Assembly: GCA_028023455.1 (NCBI GenBank)
Contig: JAQFVV010000001.1
Span: 16,244,001-16,308,000, forward strand
DNA from: Epiperipatus broadwayi
Lineage: Eukaryota; Animalia; Onychophora
Length of the DNA stretch: 64,000 nt
Direction of reading: 5' to 3'
Position 1 is the stretch's first letter. Every line of letters starts with the position of its first letter. Below are positions 11,171 through 25,402 of the stretch, in pieces. The notes beneath the pieces are model-generated. The model worked only from the letters and a program-made list of their open reading frames with translations. It had not been told where the DNA came from and ran no database searches. Both the position numbers and the translations under genes were made by a program.

Positions 11171-14100
11171 TCTATGTGTTATGCTATGTTGGGCTGACAT
11201 TTTTTTTTATTGATAGCTCAAGTGTTTCTTGGGACAGTGGACACTGCAGATCGAATATTTAGTTTCACTGTTGTTGGTATATTAGTAATTATAATTTGAA
11301 CTTTGGGGGCAGGATCAATGCCTCTTACATTATTTATACATGTATTAATTTTATTTTATTTTTGCCCTTCTGGTTTTTTAGAATAAATTTTTTCATTATT
11401 TTCTGAATAACTTGTTTGTTGGTCTGACTGACAAATACTAGAGTACATTTTCTTTAATGGAATCTTCTGACTTGCTATAGAGTATTGTCTGACAGACTGT
11501 GGAATCAGAAGTGATATTTATTTCTATTAACAGTTTGACACTAAGATTGATGTCTAATTTCACATATAAAATGGTCTCACAGAGTTTCATTAAAAAAGTC
11601 TTTGAAGTCACAGTTCAGTTTTAGCATTGCAAAATCTTTATGCTTTTTCTCCTTACCTTGAACACAAAAGTTGAAATTATAACTCTTTAAAATTGTTAGA
11701 AATAAGCTATCAAGAGAGTTATTGCCATATCAAAATCTAACTCAGAGGATGGGTAAGAGCTGAATGAAAGTGTAATCTTTTATATGTTGAAAAACAATAT
11801 TTATAAAAGTTGCTATTTTAAATTGATTTTTTGTCTTAGTTTGTCATGAAAAAGAGTGAGATTGATCCATATGGGTTGACCAATTTTATGATTGGCAGTA
11901 TCAAGATCTTCTAGATATCCATAACTAATTTTCTCATTGTGATTTTTTCCTTTCTGTTGTACAGAGAGAAAAATTTTTTTTCTATTTTTTGTATAAAAAA
12001 TAGACAACTGTTAGCATTTTTTTTAAATTGATGTGCTAATAATGTGAGCTCTCTCTTTTTTAAATTAATGACATAAATCTAAACAACTTAGAAGAATAAG
12101 ATCCTGGTATAGTGGTGTCAATTGTTATGTTTATATTGTAGTATGATCAGGAGTAATATTCCTAGTCATTTAAGAATAACACATAACTCTGAAAACAAAT
12201 ATAAGAATATTTATTAAATATATTTATAATATATATATAATGTAAGGTTAAGACACATTTTTGAAATAAAACTAGTCTGATATTACATGCTTTTCATTGA
12301 AACACTAACACAGGTATATTAAAAAGAAAAGAGGAAAAAAATAATATAAGCAAAAGTACCAGATTGAAATATATTGTTTTTTTTTTAAAGTCACAAGCTA
12401 TTTATTTCTGTCATTCCAGAGAGATATTGCTATAAGAAAAATAATGTATTTTTTAAATTTAAATTAACATGTTTTCATGTGAGTATATTCGTGCTTTCAC
12501 TAATTCTCCCCCTAGTGAGAATTTCTGCAAGCATTATATTGCAAAATGCATATTTTCCTATACACTTTATAATATAAAATTTTAATTCAAAAAATTCAAT
12601 AGATGGCAAGATATTTAAACAAAACCTCTAAACAAAAAAATTAAGCTCCACCCTGACAAATGAAATCATTGTATTATGGCATGGCCATAAATTGTCACAA
12701 CTTTTATGACATTGTTTAAAGTAATAGTGTGAATGACCATAAACATGTTTATTTGTAAATTTATTATGGTTGTAGATATTTTTTATAATAATTTACATAA
12801 TATTTATTAGATATCAAAAAATATAAATTATTAATAATTTATTTATACTTTATTTTCAAAAATAGAATGTTATATTAGCAGTAATGTAAATATGGCTTGA
12901 AGTTATTTAGAAGCTTGGCTTTCTATGTCAGCAATCTAATTATAATTATGAGTAAAAAAGTATTATAATTTTGTAATAAATATTAAAAATTTTTAAACTT
13001 TTAAAGCATAATTCATTAGATATAACAGAAATAAATATTCCTTCAGATTTTTAAGAAAAATCAGAAATAATAAAGATTTTGTAAAATGAAAATAATCTTT
13101 CTAAAAATGACGATGTGTAATCTTTTTGCTTTGATTACAATCTCATTTTTTTTAAATATTTATAGAAACAAAATGTGAACATTTAAAATTTATTTCAGTA
13201 ATAAACAAAAATATCTATCAAATGAAATCAAATTTATTATTTTCCAATAAGTAATAATGGTTTAATCATATTTACATTGAGGGTGAGACAAAAAAAACAT
13301 AAAAAAAGCCAAAATATTTTAGGGTTAATTTGTAATAATAAATAAATGTTCCCAGACTTATTATGTGTAATCTGGAATAGCATTTGTAAAAAAAAATTGT
13401 GAGAGACACCAGTTTTTTCTTTTTAATTTTGGTTTAGAAATAAAGCTTTGAGAGAAAACTTTTTTGCTTTAAAAAAGTTATATCATAATCAATGACTTTT
13501 GATCTATTCAACCAACAAAAACTCTGTTTAACAGCTTTACAAAAAATTACTGGTTAACTTGTGAATTATTAAAAATGAAAAAAAAAAACCATGCAATAAT
13601 AGACAATCACATTATTGCAGAGTAAAAAAAAAATTCTAATTTGTGCACTAGCCAACTAAACCTGGAAATATAAAGTTTTTTGCAGATGTCAAATTTAAAA
13701 ATGTGTCATTCCAACATGCAACATCCATTGTGGATCTTGAATTAGCAGTACCTATCATCTTTCACTTGAGTTCTGTCAACCTATTCATGATGAATGCATA
13801 ATCCAGTCTTACCATCTTCCTATCCAGAAAATAACTCAAGAAAAGTGCATCAAATATAATCTTAAACTTCTAAAACTATCTTATAGATTAATATTTAAAA
13901 AGGATTCAACCCTATATTTTTAATAAAGAGTAAGATCAGAATTCTGATGTTATGATAAAATAGATTTTTATTTAAAATAAGATGCTTTTTTAAAAGAATA
14001 ATAATGATATTTATAGCAAATTTTTTATATTGATATTAATATTGTCTAAATAATTTTAACATTATGTTTTCTCTTCAAATATGTATTTAATTTTTTTTTC

Positions 14101-16563
14101 TTAATATAATATGAATAATATAAACACTAAAGCAAATAGAATTAATTTCTCATCCAATTATCAGTAGTTAAAATTTATTTATAACTTGTATATATCTGTT
14201 ATTGATTGATTTATATTTTGCCAATCTTTATTTATATTATTATAGTTAAATAATTATACAATTGTTTTTTATTGGATGTAAAAGCATATTGGAACTCATA
14301 AGTTCAATTCATTCTAATTAAGTGAATTTCTCAGATATGAATACATACCTAAAATATGTTTATTTTATTTTTTTATGCATTGAATTTATTCCTAATTATT
14401 GTATAGAGTGTGAAAATAAATTTTATTTTATTTATATTATTTTAAATCTAGTTTTACATTTCTCTCTGGTGCAGTGCCATATTTTTCTCTGGATCTAGTA
14501 GTTGGTAAACAATGTGACTAAAATCTAAGATCCTAGGGAGCAATTTGAACCTGACCTATAGATGTTTTTCATTTTAGACATGACACCCTAATCTGCAGCA
14601 TTGCAGATAAATTTTAAATAAATAAATAGCATCTATAGTTGCAAGAGATAGACCCTCTCTGTGTTTAGATATGTTTGATGAAGTCAGAAAATATGGATGG
14701 ATACTTGCTATCATTAGCTAGGATATTAAGTGTAAAGATAAACTGTTGTTTTCCCTAACACCCATTAAGTCCAGAGTTTAAATGCTCATACATTATTATA
14801 AAGAATTGCATAAATCTAAAAGAAAAAAAAAGGGGGGGGGAGGGACTGTAGGTCTGTTTCAAAAAATATATTTTATGCACAGAGTACATACAATGTTTAA
14901 CTATGATAGCTTCCCTTTGTTATAATCATAAATTATGCAAGTCTAGCTATTAGTGATACAGGTAATGTTTGGGATGAATGCTGTGATCTCCCTTCAAGTT
15001 CCTGACCCTTCCAGCCTATTAGTGGCATGCCTTATGTGCTGGTACAATAATGACTGTAGCTAGTAGTTTTTTGCTCTAGGTTTGAACATGCTTTACTGTA
15101 TATTACAGTATTATCATCCAACATTTGACAATTGTCTGATGTTGTCTAAACATCTTAAAGTTGTTGTCAATTTTTTAAATGGACCTCACTGGCAACAATC
15201 AGATTTACTTACCTAGCTTTCTAGTTAGCCTCTTTATGCTATTGCTATTTATTTCATTTTGTTGTTATTTCATTGACCAGTTTTATTGTAAGTTGAATCT
15301 GTTTTTGATAAAACTGTAGTAAGAACAAGACCATTACTTGAAAGTTTCTGCTGAGTTAGAATGAGTTCACAACACAACGGAATGTATATAATATTTTAAA
15401 CACAATCTATAAAAACTTTGGTTTAGTAATTAGCATTAAAAGAACTCAAATTCTCTAAGAAAAATCTTTAGCAACATTTAGGCTTAAACAGGAACAATAA
15501 CGGGAATGGGGTGCCATGGGTGCATAAGAGCTGGACCCGCTATTTGAATGGGAATCCGAGAGCAGTAGTTTAAGTAGGGATTTTGATTCTTTCAAAATTT
15601 TCGGAGGATCTTCGCAAAAGCAAAGAGAAAAAATAGTTTAAATAATAAATTTAAAAAATCTTTGCCTCGAAGTCACGAAACAATGAAATGACTGCCTCAG
15701 TGGTGAAGTTTTGGATAGGTATATGAAGAAAACATTAAAAAAAAATCATTTTTAGAAAATAACAGAAAAATGTCTTGTTTTTTAATTAAAAATTATTCAC
15801 TCCTTTATAATTAATATTTACCTTAAATTTTCCTCATTTTATTAATATAATGCAACAAAAAGAAAATAAAATTTTTATTTTTCATTTTTAAACTGAAAAA
15901 CGAGAGTAAATGAAGAAATTCCTTCATTGATTTAATTCGTTTGTTGCAAAAAAAAATTATGATTTACAATCTAATGAAATTACTGCCTGCGATTTTCTTC
16001 TTATTTATTTTTGAAATAAAAAATAAGATTATTCTTACCTACTGAAACTTTTTATTGTTAAATATATAGAACGAATTTTACAGCAAAAATGTCATATACT
16101 GTAAGTAAATGTTTTAAATATTTGCCATTTCAAAATATTCCTTAATTGATGTTTTAATTTAATGCTAAATAAAATAAAAGGAAAACTTAATAATTAAATA
16201 GTTATGATTGATTATACTGAAAATAAAAGTGATGATTGTCATTTCAATCTTTACAGATCCACCACAGGATAACCACACAAGCAAACCTTATTTTATCCAT
16301 CCATTTCACGTAAGTCTCTTTCTTGGTCTTTTACAATTTTCTGGGATTCAGTTTGAGACTTCAACTTCTTATCTATTATTTTCATATGTCTATCCCAGCT
16401 CTATTTCTGTATCTTGTTTTCTTATCCATATGTTTCATTTTTAGTCTTCTTTTTACTCCCAATTTGCAGCTCTTCATATTTCATTGTGTGATCTGAAGTA
16501 CTTGTATTTCTTTTTTGTTAAGTGCCCAAATCCATAAGTAAGGATTGGTAAAAAAAAATTTTT

Positions 16564-16779
16564 AATTCCAAAGCACTCATTGATCTCGAGTTCAGATGAA
16601 ATAAACATAAACCAATTAATTACACTGAGCTAGCTTTCGGCAAACATTGCCACAATCATAGTGTTGAATAATTTTCAGCACTATGATTCTGGCAGTAATT
16701 GCCACAATTAATTAGTTTATGTTTACTATTTATATCTTTTCATCTGAACTCTACTTGACTCAACGAGTGCTTTAGAATT
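16564..16779. repeat. Foldback hairpin element
   Basis: Termini AATTCCAAAGCACTC / GAGTGCTTTAGAATT. Further pairs GAGTTCAGATGAAA / TTTCATCTGAACTC and CAATCATAGTGTTGAA / TTCAGCACTATGATT around a centre near 16670. Confidence 0.8.
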
Positions 16780-17199
16780 ACGTTTTTCATGAACTTTAAA
16801 AAACTTTCACTAAAAACTTCTTTTTTAAATGCAGAAGCATATTTTCTTTGCATATTATTTATAATTAAAGCCCTCTTTCCAAATGTAATTTTATGATTAA
16901 TTTTTTTTATGTTTTCATATGTACTAGTAATCTGACCAAGATATTTGTGGTTGTTAACTTCTTTTAATATCTGATTATCAACTGTATTTTTTTCTGTGAA
17001 AATCCATTGAATATTACTTTAGTTTTTAGTATTTATCTTTTTTGCATTCTATTGATAACACTTGCAACATTTTCTGAAATATTATTTATAAAAACAACCA
17101 TTTTCACCAACATCTAGATGATTTAAATAGTAACCATGTATGTTTGTTCCTGCTTCCCAAATCCATAACATACTTCTTATAAAACTGTTGTAAAATGTT

Positions 17200-18420
17200 T
17201 TGATAATATAAAATCACTTTGCCATACAATCTTATTAATGTTAATGTTAGAGTTACAACAGAATCTAATCACTGCTGTTGCATTTTAATAAATATTCTTC
17301 AAGAATGTGACAATGTTCTGGATCTATATCTTAAAAAATATTTAATCACTGTGGAAATTATTTTTCATAATCTACTAATCTAAAACAAAATGGCAATTCA
17401 TAATCATTGGCCCTTGCTATAATTAAACTCAAGACTTGCACATGATTTACTATGCTAAATTATTTTAAAATCCAACTTATTTTTTGGTTGATTTGAGTTC
17501 AAAGTTTAAAGTTGTAATTTCATCTTGATAAAAATCTTGTATAGAAATTGTAGAAGACTAATAGGCTGTAATTTCTAGTATCCTCATCATCTTTGTTAAC
17601 TACCCCTATATAACTACAGCATTCTTCCTTTCAGCTATATTTTTTTTTTGAACATATTATTGACACTTCGAGTCATCAATACCTTATTAATAAAGCCACT
17701 TGATTATTTATTGATTTAATTATATCTCACCTCTTTATTTAAAGAGCTTGATAATTCAGATGTTAATGTAATTATTATTGTTTTTTTCATTTTTTATTCC
17801 TATACAAGTGTTTGTAAAACTTCCACATATTTCATATTTTTTTTTGTGTGTGTAATACCTCTATCTTTTATTTTTATTATTAAATTAACTTTTCTGAAGC
17901 TCACATAATCTTCAAAAACAACTATATCATGTGAAAAATCTAGATGCCTTAAATAATATCCATTTATTTTTATTCCCCTAGCTTTCCATTTTAATCCACA
18001 AAATATTTTTTACGAAACATCTGTATAACGTTTTGGAGATATGAAATTACCCTGCAATACACCATTTTCAATACTGATCTTTTTAGTATTATTATGTAAT
18101 CTATTTGTTGCTATTGCATATTTATAAATATTATCCAGAATATGACAATATCGTGGATCTATACCTTGATGATCCAATGTTTTAATCACTGAAAAGATGT
18201 TTATGGAATCAAAATACCTTTTCATAATCTACAAATCCAAAGCATAATGGCAGCTCATATTCATTGGTCTTTTCTATAATTTCTTTTAATACTTGGATGT
18301 GATCCACTGTACTAAAACCATTTTAAAATCCAGTTTGTTGTTTTGGTTGGTTAAAATCCAAAGTTCACTTTAGACGAGTTGTAATTAATTATCTTGATAA
18401 AAAAATTGTTTAGAAGTGAT
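17200..18420 (-). mobile_element. Two RTE-clade RT fragments
   Basis: ORF 18010-18225 reads FDSINIFSVIKTLDHQGIDPRYCHILDNIY...GVLQGNFISPK (RTE RT). A second, more decayed copy of the same segment is at about 17200-17480. Confidence 0.75.
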
Positions 18421-18495
18421 AAGACTTTAATTTCTAAAGTTTTCTTTAACATTTTAAATAAATTATTTTTTTATAGTGCAATGTTTGAAAACTGT

Positions 18496-18711
18496 AATAT
18501 TTAACACAGCATTACGCTGTTGCACATGCGCTTTGAAGATTTTAACTATAAATGAATGAATACTAACACTCAACCACATGATAAAGTCTTTGGAAAAGAT
18601 AGAATGGCCTTTTCCAAAGAGTTTATCATGTGGTTGAGTGTTAATATTCATTCATTTATAGTTAAAATCTTCAAAGCGCATATGCAACAGCGTAATGCTG
18701 TGTTAAATATT
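18496..18711. mobile_element. Near-perfect 216-bp palindrome (MITE-like)
   Basis: Arms of about 103 bp (AATATTTAACACAGCATTACGCTGTTGCACATGCGCTTTGAAG...) with a loop of about 10 nt and few mismatches. It shares CACATGCGCTTTG...TTTAACTATA...AATGAATA with 8367-8693. Confidence 0.9.
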
Positions 18712-19579
18712 TAACATTTTAAAAAAAATTAATATTAATACTTCATTCTTCTAATTATCTCATACATTTTTATCATTTAGATGTTTGATATATAGATTTA
18801 CCAAAAAAATTTTCTGTATATATATTAACGTTAATATATATATATATCAATGCAATATTATTTATTTTCAATATATGAATTTATGAACACACATATACGT
18901 GTGTAAATATTGTGTTTGAGTTAGTAAGTGACATTAAAGTGTACCATGCAAGCAGAGACTGATATGATTTCATTTGTAACCATGTACAAATTAGTAAATT
19001 TAATCATTACTGGTTGAATATTTGATAAATAACAAATGAAAAGCAACTATAATGTATATGTAAAAACTATATGTGAATTTTTAATGTAATCTGTTGCTAG
19101 TATTAATTTTAATATCATAAACCATCATCCAAAAAAACAGCACAATCCTATCATATTATATATGGATATTAGCTCCCAGTCTTTTCAGATGTGTCAGAGG
19201 ACTTAAACATCTGCCAAACATGCTAAAACTATAACTCACGATTTATATGTAAACTTTTAGAGAATTTTTATAGTATAAATTTTGTTGAACATTTTGTAAT
19301 AATATTGCTTGTTTTTAATAAAAAGTTGAATGTATTAAAGCACTTATTTTTAAATATGGGATATATTATTGTTATAGAATTTCTTTTTGATTTTAAACAG
19401 GATACATTAATTATTAAAATCAATACCATTTGAATTTGTTAAAATGAAATTTATACCTAAGTTGTTCTCATTTATTTAAATGAATGGATCTAAATATATG
19501 TCTCAAGTTAATTAATTGTTTAATTTATTTTAATTTTAGAAGTGTATAAATAAATTCGATTTTTCCCTCCTAAACAAAG

Positions 19580-19890
19580 TTTGGCCTTGGAGCATTCCAT
19601 CTTCAGATTATCAATTGGATGGACTGTTGAAGAGTTGGAGTGTGTAGTAGTTTGGAGCCTGTCCATTAAAGTATGAAGTTTGTCTATCTTAATATACATC
19701 TGAGCACTTATAGTATATATGTGTGGGAGATGATAATCTGGATCAAGTGATGATTGCTGGTTTAGCATGAAATACGTATATTGGTGATTATTTATCTTTT
19801 CAGCAGATATGTGCTTGAGTGTATCAGTGTTATTAGATAGAGTGGAGAGTGGTGGGTCATTTGAAAGTCTGTGCTCATATACCCCATATA
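19580..19890 (+). mobile_element. Penelope-like lineage 2, 5'-truncated copy with a decayed hammerhead (19741-19785)
   Basis: Homologous to 30810-31230. Hammerhead region GATCAA GTGATGA TTGCTGGTTTAGCAT GAAA TACGTA T A TTGGT. Confidence 0.8.
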
Positions 19891-20676
19891 TTACACATAT
19901 AGACACAGGTATATAATAAGCCTGTGTTTCAGTTAATACCTCCTGATTTTAATTCTTAATAAAAAATGTTTTCTTTGATTTATTCACGCACAAATGAAAA
20001 AAATGAAGGAAACTTAGCACCCTGGCCGTTTATATATGCTGATTTGGAATAAAGCTAAAACATATTTTCTGGTGATTTAAAAATTTTCAAATCAAGTTCA
20101 AAATTTTTTCAACTACCTACACTATAGCCAATCTAGATATTTATATAATTCATGGATAAAATAAGTCATGGAAATCTAAATAAATATAATGAGGGTTAGT
20201 TAATACATTTAACTTGACACAGAAATTTGTTTCTAACTGAAAGCTCCAAGATTTTTTGATTTCACTTTGAGATCTTAAAGAACCTGAGAAAGATACATTT
20301 CTAATATCCACTCCATAAGTTTTTGTTATTGCAGCTGTTAGTATTAAGTAATTATTTATATAGTAAATGAATGTTGATGATCATGGTGAGTTTACTATCT
20401 TTCCACCTCTGAGTTTAAGATCAAAAACACAATAGTCTTTCTTTTGAACTGCCTAACAGTTCTCGAGTTTTCTTGAAGACAAGATAAATATATGTGTGAA
20501 TAATATCTTTTTATTTTTTATAGATATTTGCAATGATGAAAGACAAAGATAAACTAGGACCCTTATTACCAAGGAAACTCTAAAATCATCAACAAAGGTA
20601 ATGATTAGTGACTGAAAATAGGCTAAAAATCTCTGATTATTGATCCAAGCTATTATCAACATTAACCTTTTATTTA

Positions 20677-23170
20677 GGTACTTTCAACTACAGATCAGAA
20701 GAAAAACTGTTTAATATTCAATGAGACATTTTGGATATGAAAACATAGAGGCAGTAGTGAAGAAATAAATGATTTAAAAAGTGGGCATGTACTTTACTAC
20801 AAAGACACAAATATTGGAAGCATAAGTGATGTAAAAGTAGAGGATTTTTGTGCAACTTGCTTTTGATTGGATCAAACAACATCTTAAAATTGTCAGAGAA
20901 GGCTTTAATTTTAGAATTGGTAAATAATTGAAATATAAAAGAGCTGTGATAAGTTTGGTGATAGAATTGAAAGAGGACACAGATTTATGGAGTTTGCTGA
21001 AAAAGAAAAGCTGTACATTATAAATTATTTCTTTAAAAAAAAATTAAATGGTATTGAAAATGGAAGCATCTAAATGAAAGTGCAGCAGTATTGAAGTACA
21101 TTTTGACTAATAAAAAATATGTACTTGAAGAGTATGTTCTTAACTGATTCACCATAGGGAATAACCATTGATAGTGAAAAGTACATGTTAATGCAAAATT
21201 TGAGAGATGAAACTATTAAGAAAGTCAAATTAGAATTTGGAAATTATTTTAAAATATGGTTCACACTTGGTTGTTACCAATAAAAAATAATTGATACTCT
21301 ATTAAAAACGGGAAAAAAGTAGTTTGTACAAAAAATCAGCAATTTATCAACAAATTTTCTAATGAGGCAAGAGATTATATGAAGAAAAAAAAAATGAAAA
21401 TTTTAAAAAATAATTCATTAAAAACAATTGAATATCTGGTACTTTGTAAAATGATACAATTTTTTTTTATTAAGAATACAAAAAAAATATAATTGTGAAT
21501 TGCCAAGCAAAGCTGTAAAAGAGTATAAAAGTATCATAAGATGTTGGAAAGAAAATTATTTCTGCAATAAAAAAGTCGAAATATTACTAAAAAGAGAGTT
21601 GATATCATGAAATGAGTGAAAGTGTTCTAAAAGAATTATATAATATAAAAGAACAAGAAAACAAAATATCTCCTACTGTTAATACTTGTTGTGAATTGTC
21701 CAGAATTTTAAATGAAAAAATGAGACGTGCAATGAAATATATGAAGAAGAAAATTTCTAAAAAATATAGAAATTGTATGCAAAGAAATACAAAAATTGTT
21801 GGCAAAGCTATAAACTAAATCTAAATGATAGAAATTTGTCAAATAATTGGAAAAGTGCAATGGTAATGTTAATATTTAAAAAAAAAAAGACAAAGAAGAT
21901 TTTAGAAATTACAGATCTGTCACTTTTCTAAGAGTTCTATATACAAAATAATTATAACTTGTCCTCAGTAAAATGAAGTTCAAACAAAAAAATAAATTAT
22001 ATTTTAAAGATATTGAAAGAAGTAATAGAAAGAACCAATGAATATGAGTTGCCATTATGCTTTGGATTTGTAAATTATGAAAAAGTATTTGATTTTATAA
22101 GCATTTTTCCAGTGATTAAAACATTGGAACATCAAGATATATCCATAGAATCTTATCATATTCTGAAAAATATTTATCAAAATGCAATGGCAGTGACTAG
22201 ATTACATAGTGATACTAAAATGGTTAACATCAAGAAGTATTTTGTTGATTAAAATGAGAAGCTAAGGGAATAAAAATAAATGGTTATTATTTAAGACATC
22301 TAGATTTTATCAATTAATATTTAATAAACTAGATAAAGCTTGTTACATTGGTTATTTTACATTATTTAGACAAATTGAATTGTTCATTGATTTATTTGAG
22401 ACTGTAGATCTCTATAACTGGTTGAAATTGCACGATGCTTATGTCATGGTGAGCCTTTGCAGGATAAGACATCTAGATTTTGCAGATGATATAATTGTTT
22501 TTGCAAATAATGCTCCAGAACTTCATGAAGTGTTGTTGCAAGAGTTATAAGATAAAAGTAAGAAAGAAGTAAAAATAATGCTAAAGGAATTAAAAATAAC
22601 ATTCAGTGAATTTTCTCAGAAAAATAAAAAATGATAATCATGAATTAAAACTACAAATATCTCGGTCAGTTTAGTAATATATATGGAAACATAATTAGTC
22701 ATAGAATTAAATTTGAATAAGCTGGTTTTGATAAAATAACTTAATCCTAAAAGGAAGTATGCCATGCATTGGAGTGCTTTCCATAAAAAATAATGTAATA
22801 TTAAAAAGAGATATGCTTATGTAGTTTAAAAAAAGGTTATTAGATGTGTTTTACTAATTTTTACTTATGAACTTGGACATCTAACAGAGGAACTATGTAG
22901 AAACTTCAGACAATTTAACAAAATATGGAGAGATGTATGTTAAGTGTAATAAGAAGATATCAAAAGTGAAATATATGAAAACACTGAAAGAAATAAAATA
23001 CTGAAATGGAACTCGACTGGAAGTATGGATGGGTGTTTGATGTTTTAAATTGGTTCCAAGATATTTTAAAATCCTAAAAAAGAGACCACATGTAAGATGG
23101 ATAGATAAAGTATGGAAGTTTGCTGGTATTTTGGAGAGAAGAGATCTAATGCTCAGGGTAATGTTTAAAA
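20677..23170 (+). mobile_element. Near full-length but heavily degraded RTE LINE (APE endonuclease plus RT)
   Basis: APE-like GTFNYRS, KSGHVLYY and ERGHRFMEFAEKEKLYIINYFFKK. RT: ELPLCFGFVNYEKVFD (22013-22252) and HLDFADDI (FADD at 22479-22490), then RTE-type C-terminal motifs. Confidence 0.8.
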
Positions 23171-23379
23171 TTGATTATGATGAATATATTTAACTATGAA
23201 TGCATTTTAAAACATCTACCACATCTTTTCAAATGATTAAGACATACATTGCACATATTATAATTTAATTTCATATAGACATTTCTTTTAGATATACTTA
23301 ATAAATTTAGCTTCCAAGTATATATTTTTAGATATATATCAAACTTCTATACTGTCACATATTTCTGAAGCATATGACC

Positions 23380-23460
23380 AAAGACATGTAAAAAAGGTAA
23401 ATGATATCCAAGATATCCATTTCATGCTGAACCACCACCCATCAGTTGGCCCAGATCACA
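23380..23460 (-). mobile_element. PLE lineage-2 fragment limited to the hammerhead region
   Basis: Reverse complement reads GGCCAA CTGATGG GTGGTG GTT CAGCAT GAAA TGGATA T C TTGG. Confidence 0.7.
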
Positions 23461-24494
23461 ATTTCTTACAAATATCCTCATTTATTTGATATTATATAGA
23501 TAACCAATTACAAAAGTTTGATTACAAGTGGCAAACTCACAACTTTGTTACAAACCACTATATGTTACTAATCATTTTTAGACTAGCAATTATTTTTAGA
23601 TTAAATATATACTTTAAATCTCATTTAAAGAATGGTATGTTTATAATGTTATAGAGATATTAACACACGAGTTTCTTTGCCCATGTTGATAGTTTCAATA
23701 ACTTTTATTACATCATTCTCATGTAAAGTAGGGATTGGTTTCCACTTTTAACATCTTATGAAATGATATACAATCCACTGCATTGTAAGATATATCTTTA
23801 ATTTTGTTTTTTAGCAGTACATCATTCACATTAGTTTAATTCTATTACAACCACCCATTAGTCAAAAATCAGTTCAATTTGTATCATATGGATGCATTTT
23901 TAAACATCTACTGCTCCTTTCCAAGTGAGTGAGCAAAATACAACATGTTATAATTAAAATTTCTTATACACCTTAGATATGTTTAAATATAACTTCATAA
24001 ATACCAGTCTTAAAACAAATATTAATAGCCAAACATGCTTTCAGTTCTGTACACCAGACTCATGGGTAACAACTATCTAAACTCAGTCATTGAAATTCCA
24101 GGGTTTAGACTGTTTGTTAGTCATGAGTCTGGTATATTGTACCAAAAGTGTGCTTGGCTATTAATATTTGTTTTAAGATTGCTTCTTTCTTTAACACATA
24201 CATATATGTGTCTTTATTATTTACAATTTAAAGACAGTGTTAATTTATTATATATATATATTAAACTTCTATTCCATCGTACTTGAAAATGAGCAATAAA
24301 TGTTTCAAAGTGCATCTATAGTGAGAGTGATTAGTCTGATTTCTGGACTGATGAGTGATTGTGAAAGAATTGATTAATGCAAAAGATGTACTGATAAAAA
24401 GAAAAACTTGAAAATATATAAAGCACAGAAGTGCAATTTATACAAGCCATGAATATGGCATGTATAAATTGGATTTCTATGTTTAATTTGGTTA

Positions 24495-25402
24495 TCGTCG
24501 AATAGCCACTATATCCCACTTGATGGTGCAGATATTACCACTATTTTTTATTTCAAATAGAATGACAACTAAAAGTTGTTACGGTTAGGTTTAGGGATAG
24601 GTTTAGGGTTAGTGTTCTGTTGTTTGTAATGATAAAATAAAAAATATCAAAATCGTATTTTTGTAAATATTTTTTTTATACTAACATCTATAAAATAAAT
24701 GATAATAATAAACATAAACTATATTCAACAAAGTATAACAGTAGTCGGAGAAAAGAAAGAAACTAAAACTTTTTTAAACATCAACAAATATATATATAAT
24801 GTCTTCTTTACTTATTAAACGTGTTTATAATATATGCTTTTTATGACATTTAAAAAAACAGTGTTCAATTGTACTTTTCTTACTGGATATTTTTGTGCTA
24901 ACACTCTTTTTTATTTCAAAAATATACACACATGCACAATCTTCTTTGTCTCATGGAATGTTACGAACAGTACGTTACTTGACGCGTTACCTAATTCCAA
25001 CTCACTTTATACATATATCTCATCAACATTTACCACTTAAAACTTCAATACTATACGGTGTAAAAAGTCTGTTAATTATTACTTTACAAAATCTGAACAT
25101 TTCAATACTTTAAAATAAAAACAAATCCAATGAAAACAACATTTCCATCCAATTCAAAAAACACATCCTCTCTTCAAGCCGTAAACATTTTATAAACTGT
25201 GCGAATTCGGAAAATGTACTTGCTGCGATGCGACATAATGCTGTACTGTGATGCAACATAATGGCCTGCACTCTGTAGCACAACAAAAAAGTTGTATTAT
25301 AGACAAACGCAGGTTCGAACGTGTCGGCCATGGAAACGGCATTTTTATGTGTTTTAGTGTGAAAACGGCGCCATCCAATGGGATATGGTGGCTCTTCGAT
25401 GA
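24495..25402. mobile_element. Non-autonomous DNA element with 35-bp terminal inverted repeats, superfamily unassigned
   Basis: Left TCGTCGAATAGCCACTATATCCCACTTGATGGTGC against the reverse complement of the right end, TCATCGAAGAGCCACCATATCCCATTGGATGGCGC, matches 29/35. The interior is CpG-rich. No convincing TSD or transposase. Confidence 0.75.

Noticed and set aside
11217-11276. 60-nt symmetric exon candidate (QVFLGTVDTADRIFSFTVVG) with AG/GT ends
   Set aside because: It lies downstream of the SLC16 stop and polyA signals, next to an RTE remnant, with no gene model or homology to support it.
24347-24375. CTGATGA-GTGATTGT-GAAA hammerhead-like core
   Set aside because: Stem II is at best 2 bp and needs assumed CpG decay. 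There is no convincing stem I or III and no PLE context or second copy.
24583-24612. True telomere or chromosome-fusion site
   Set aside because: It is only about 30 bp, degenerate, and internal to a TIR element.
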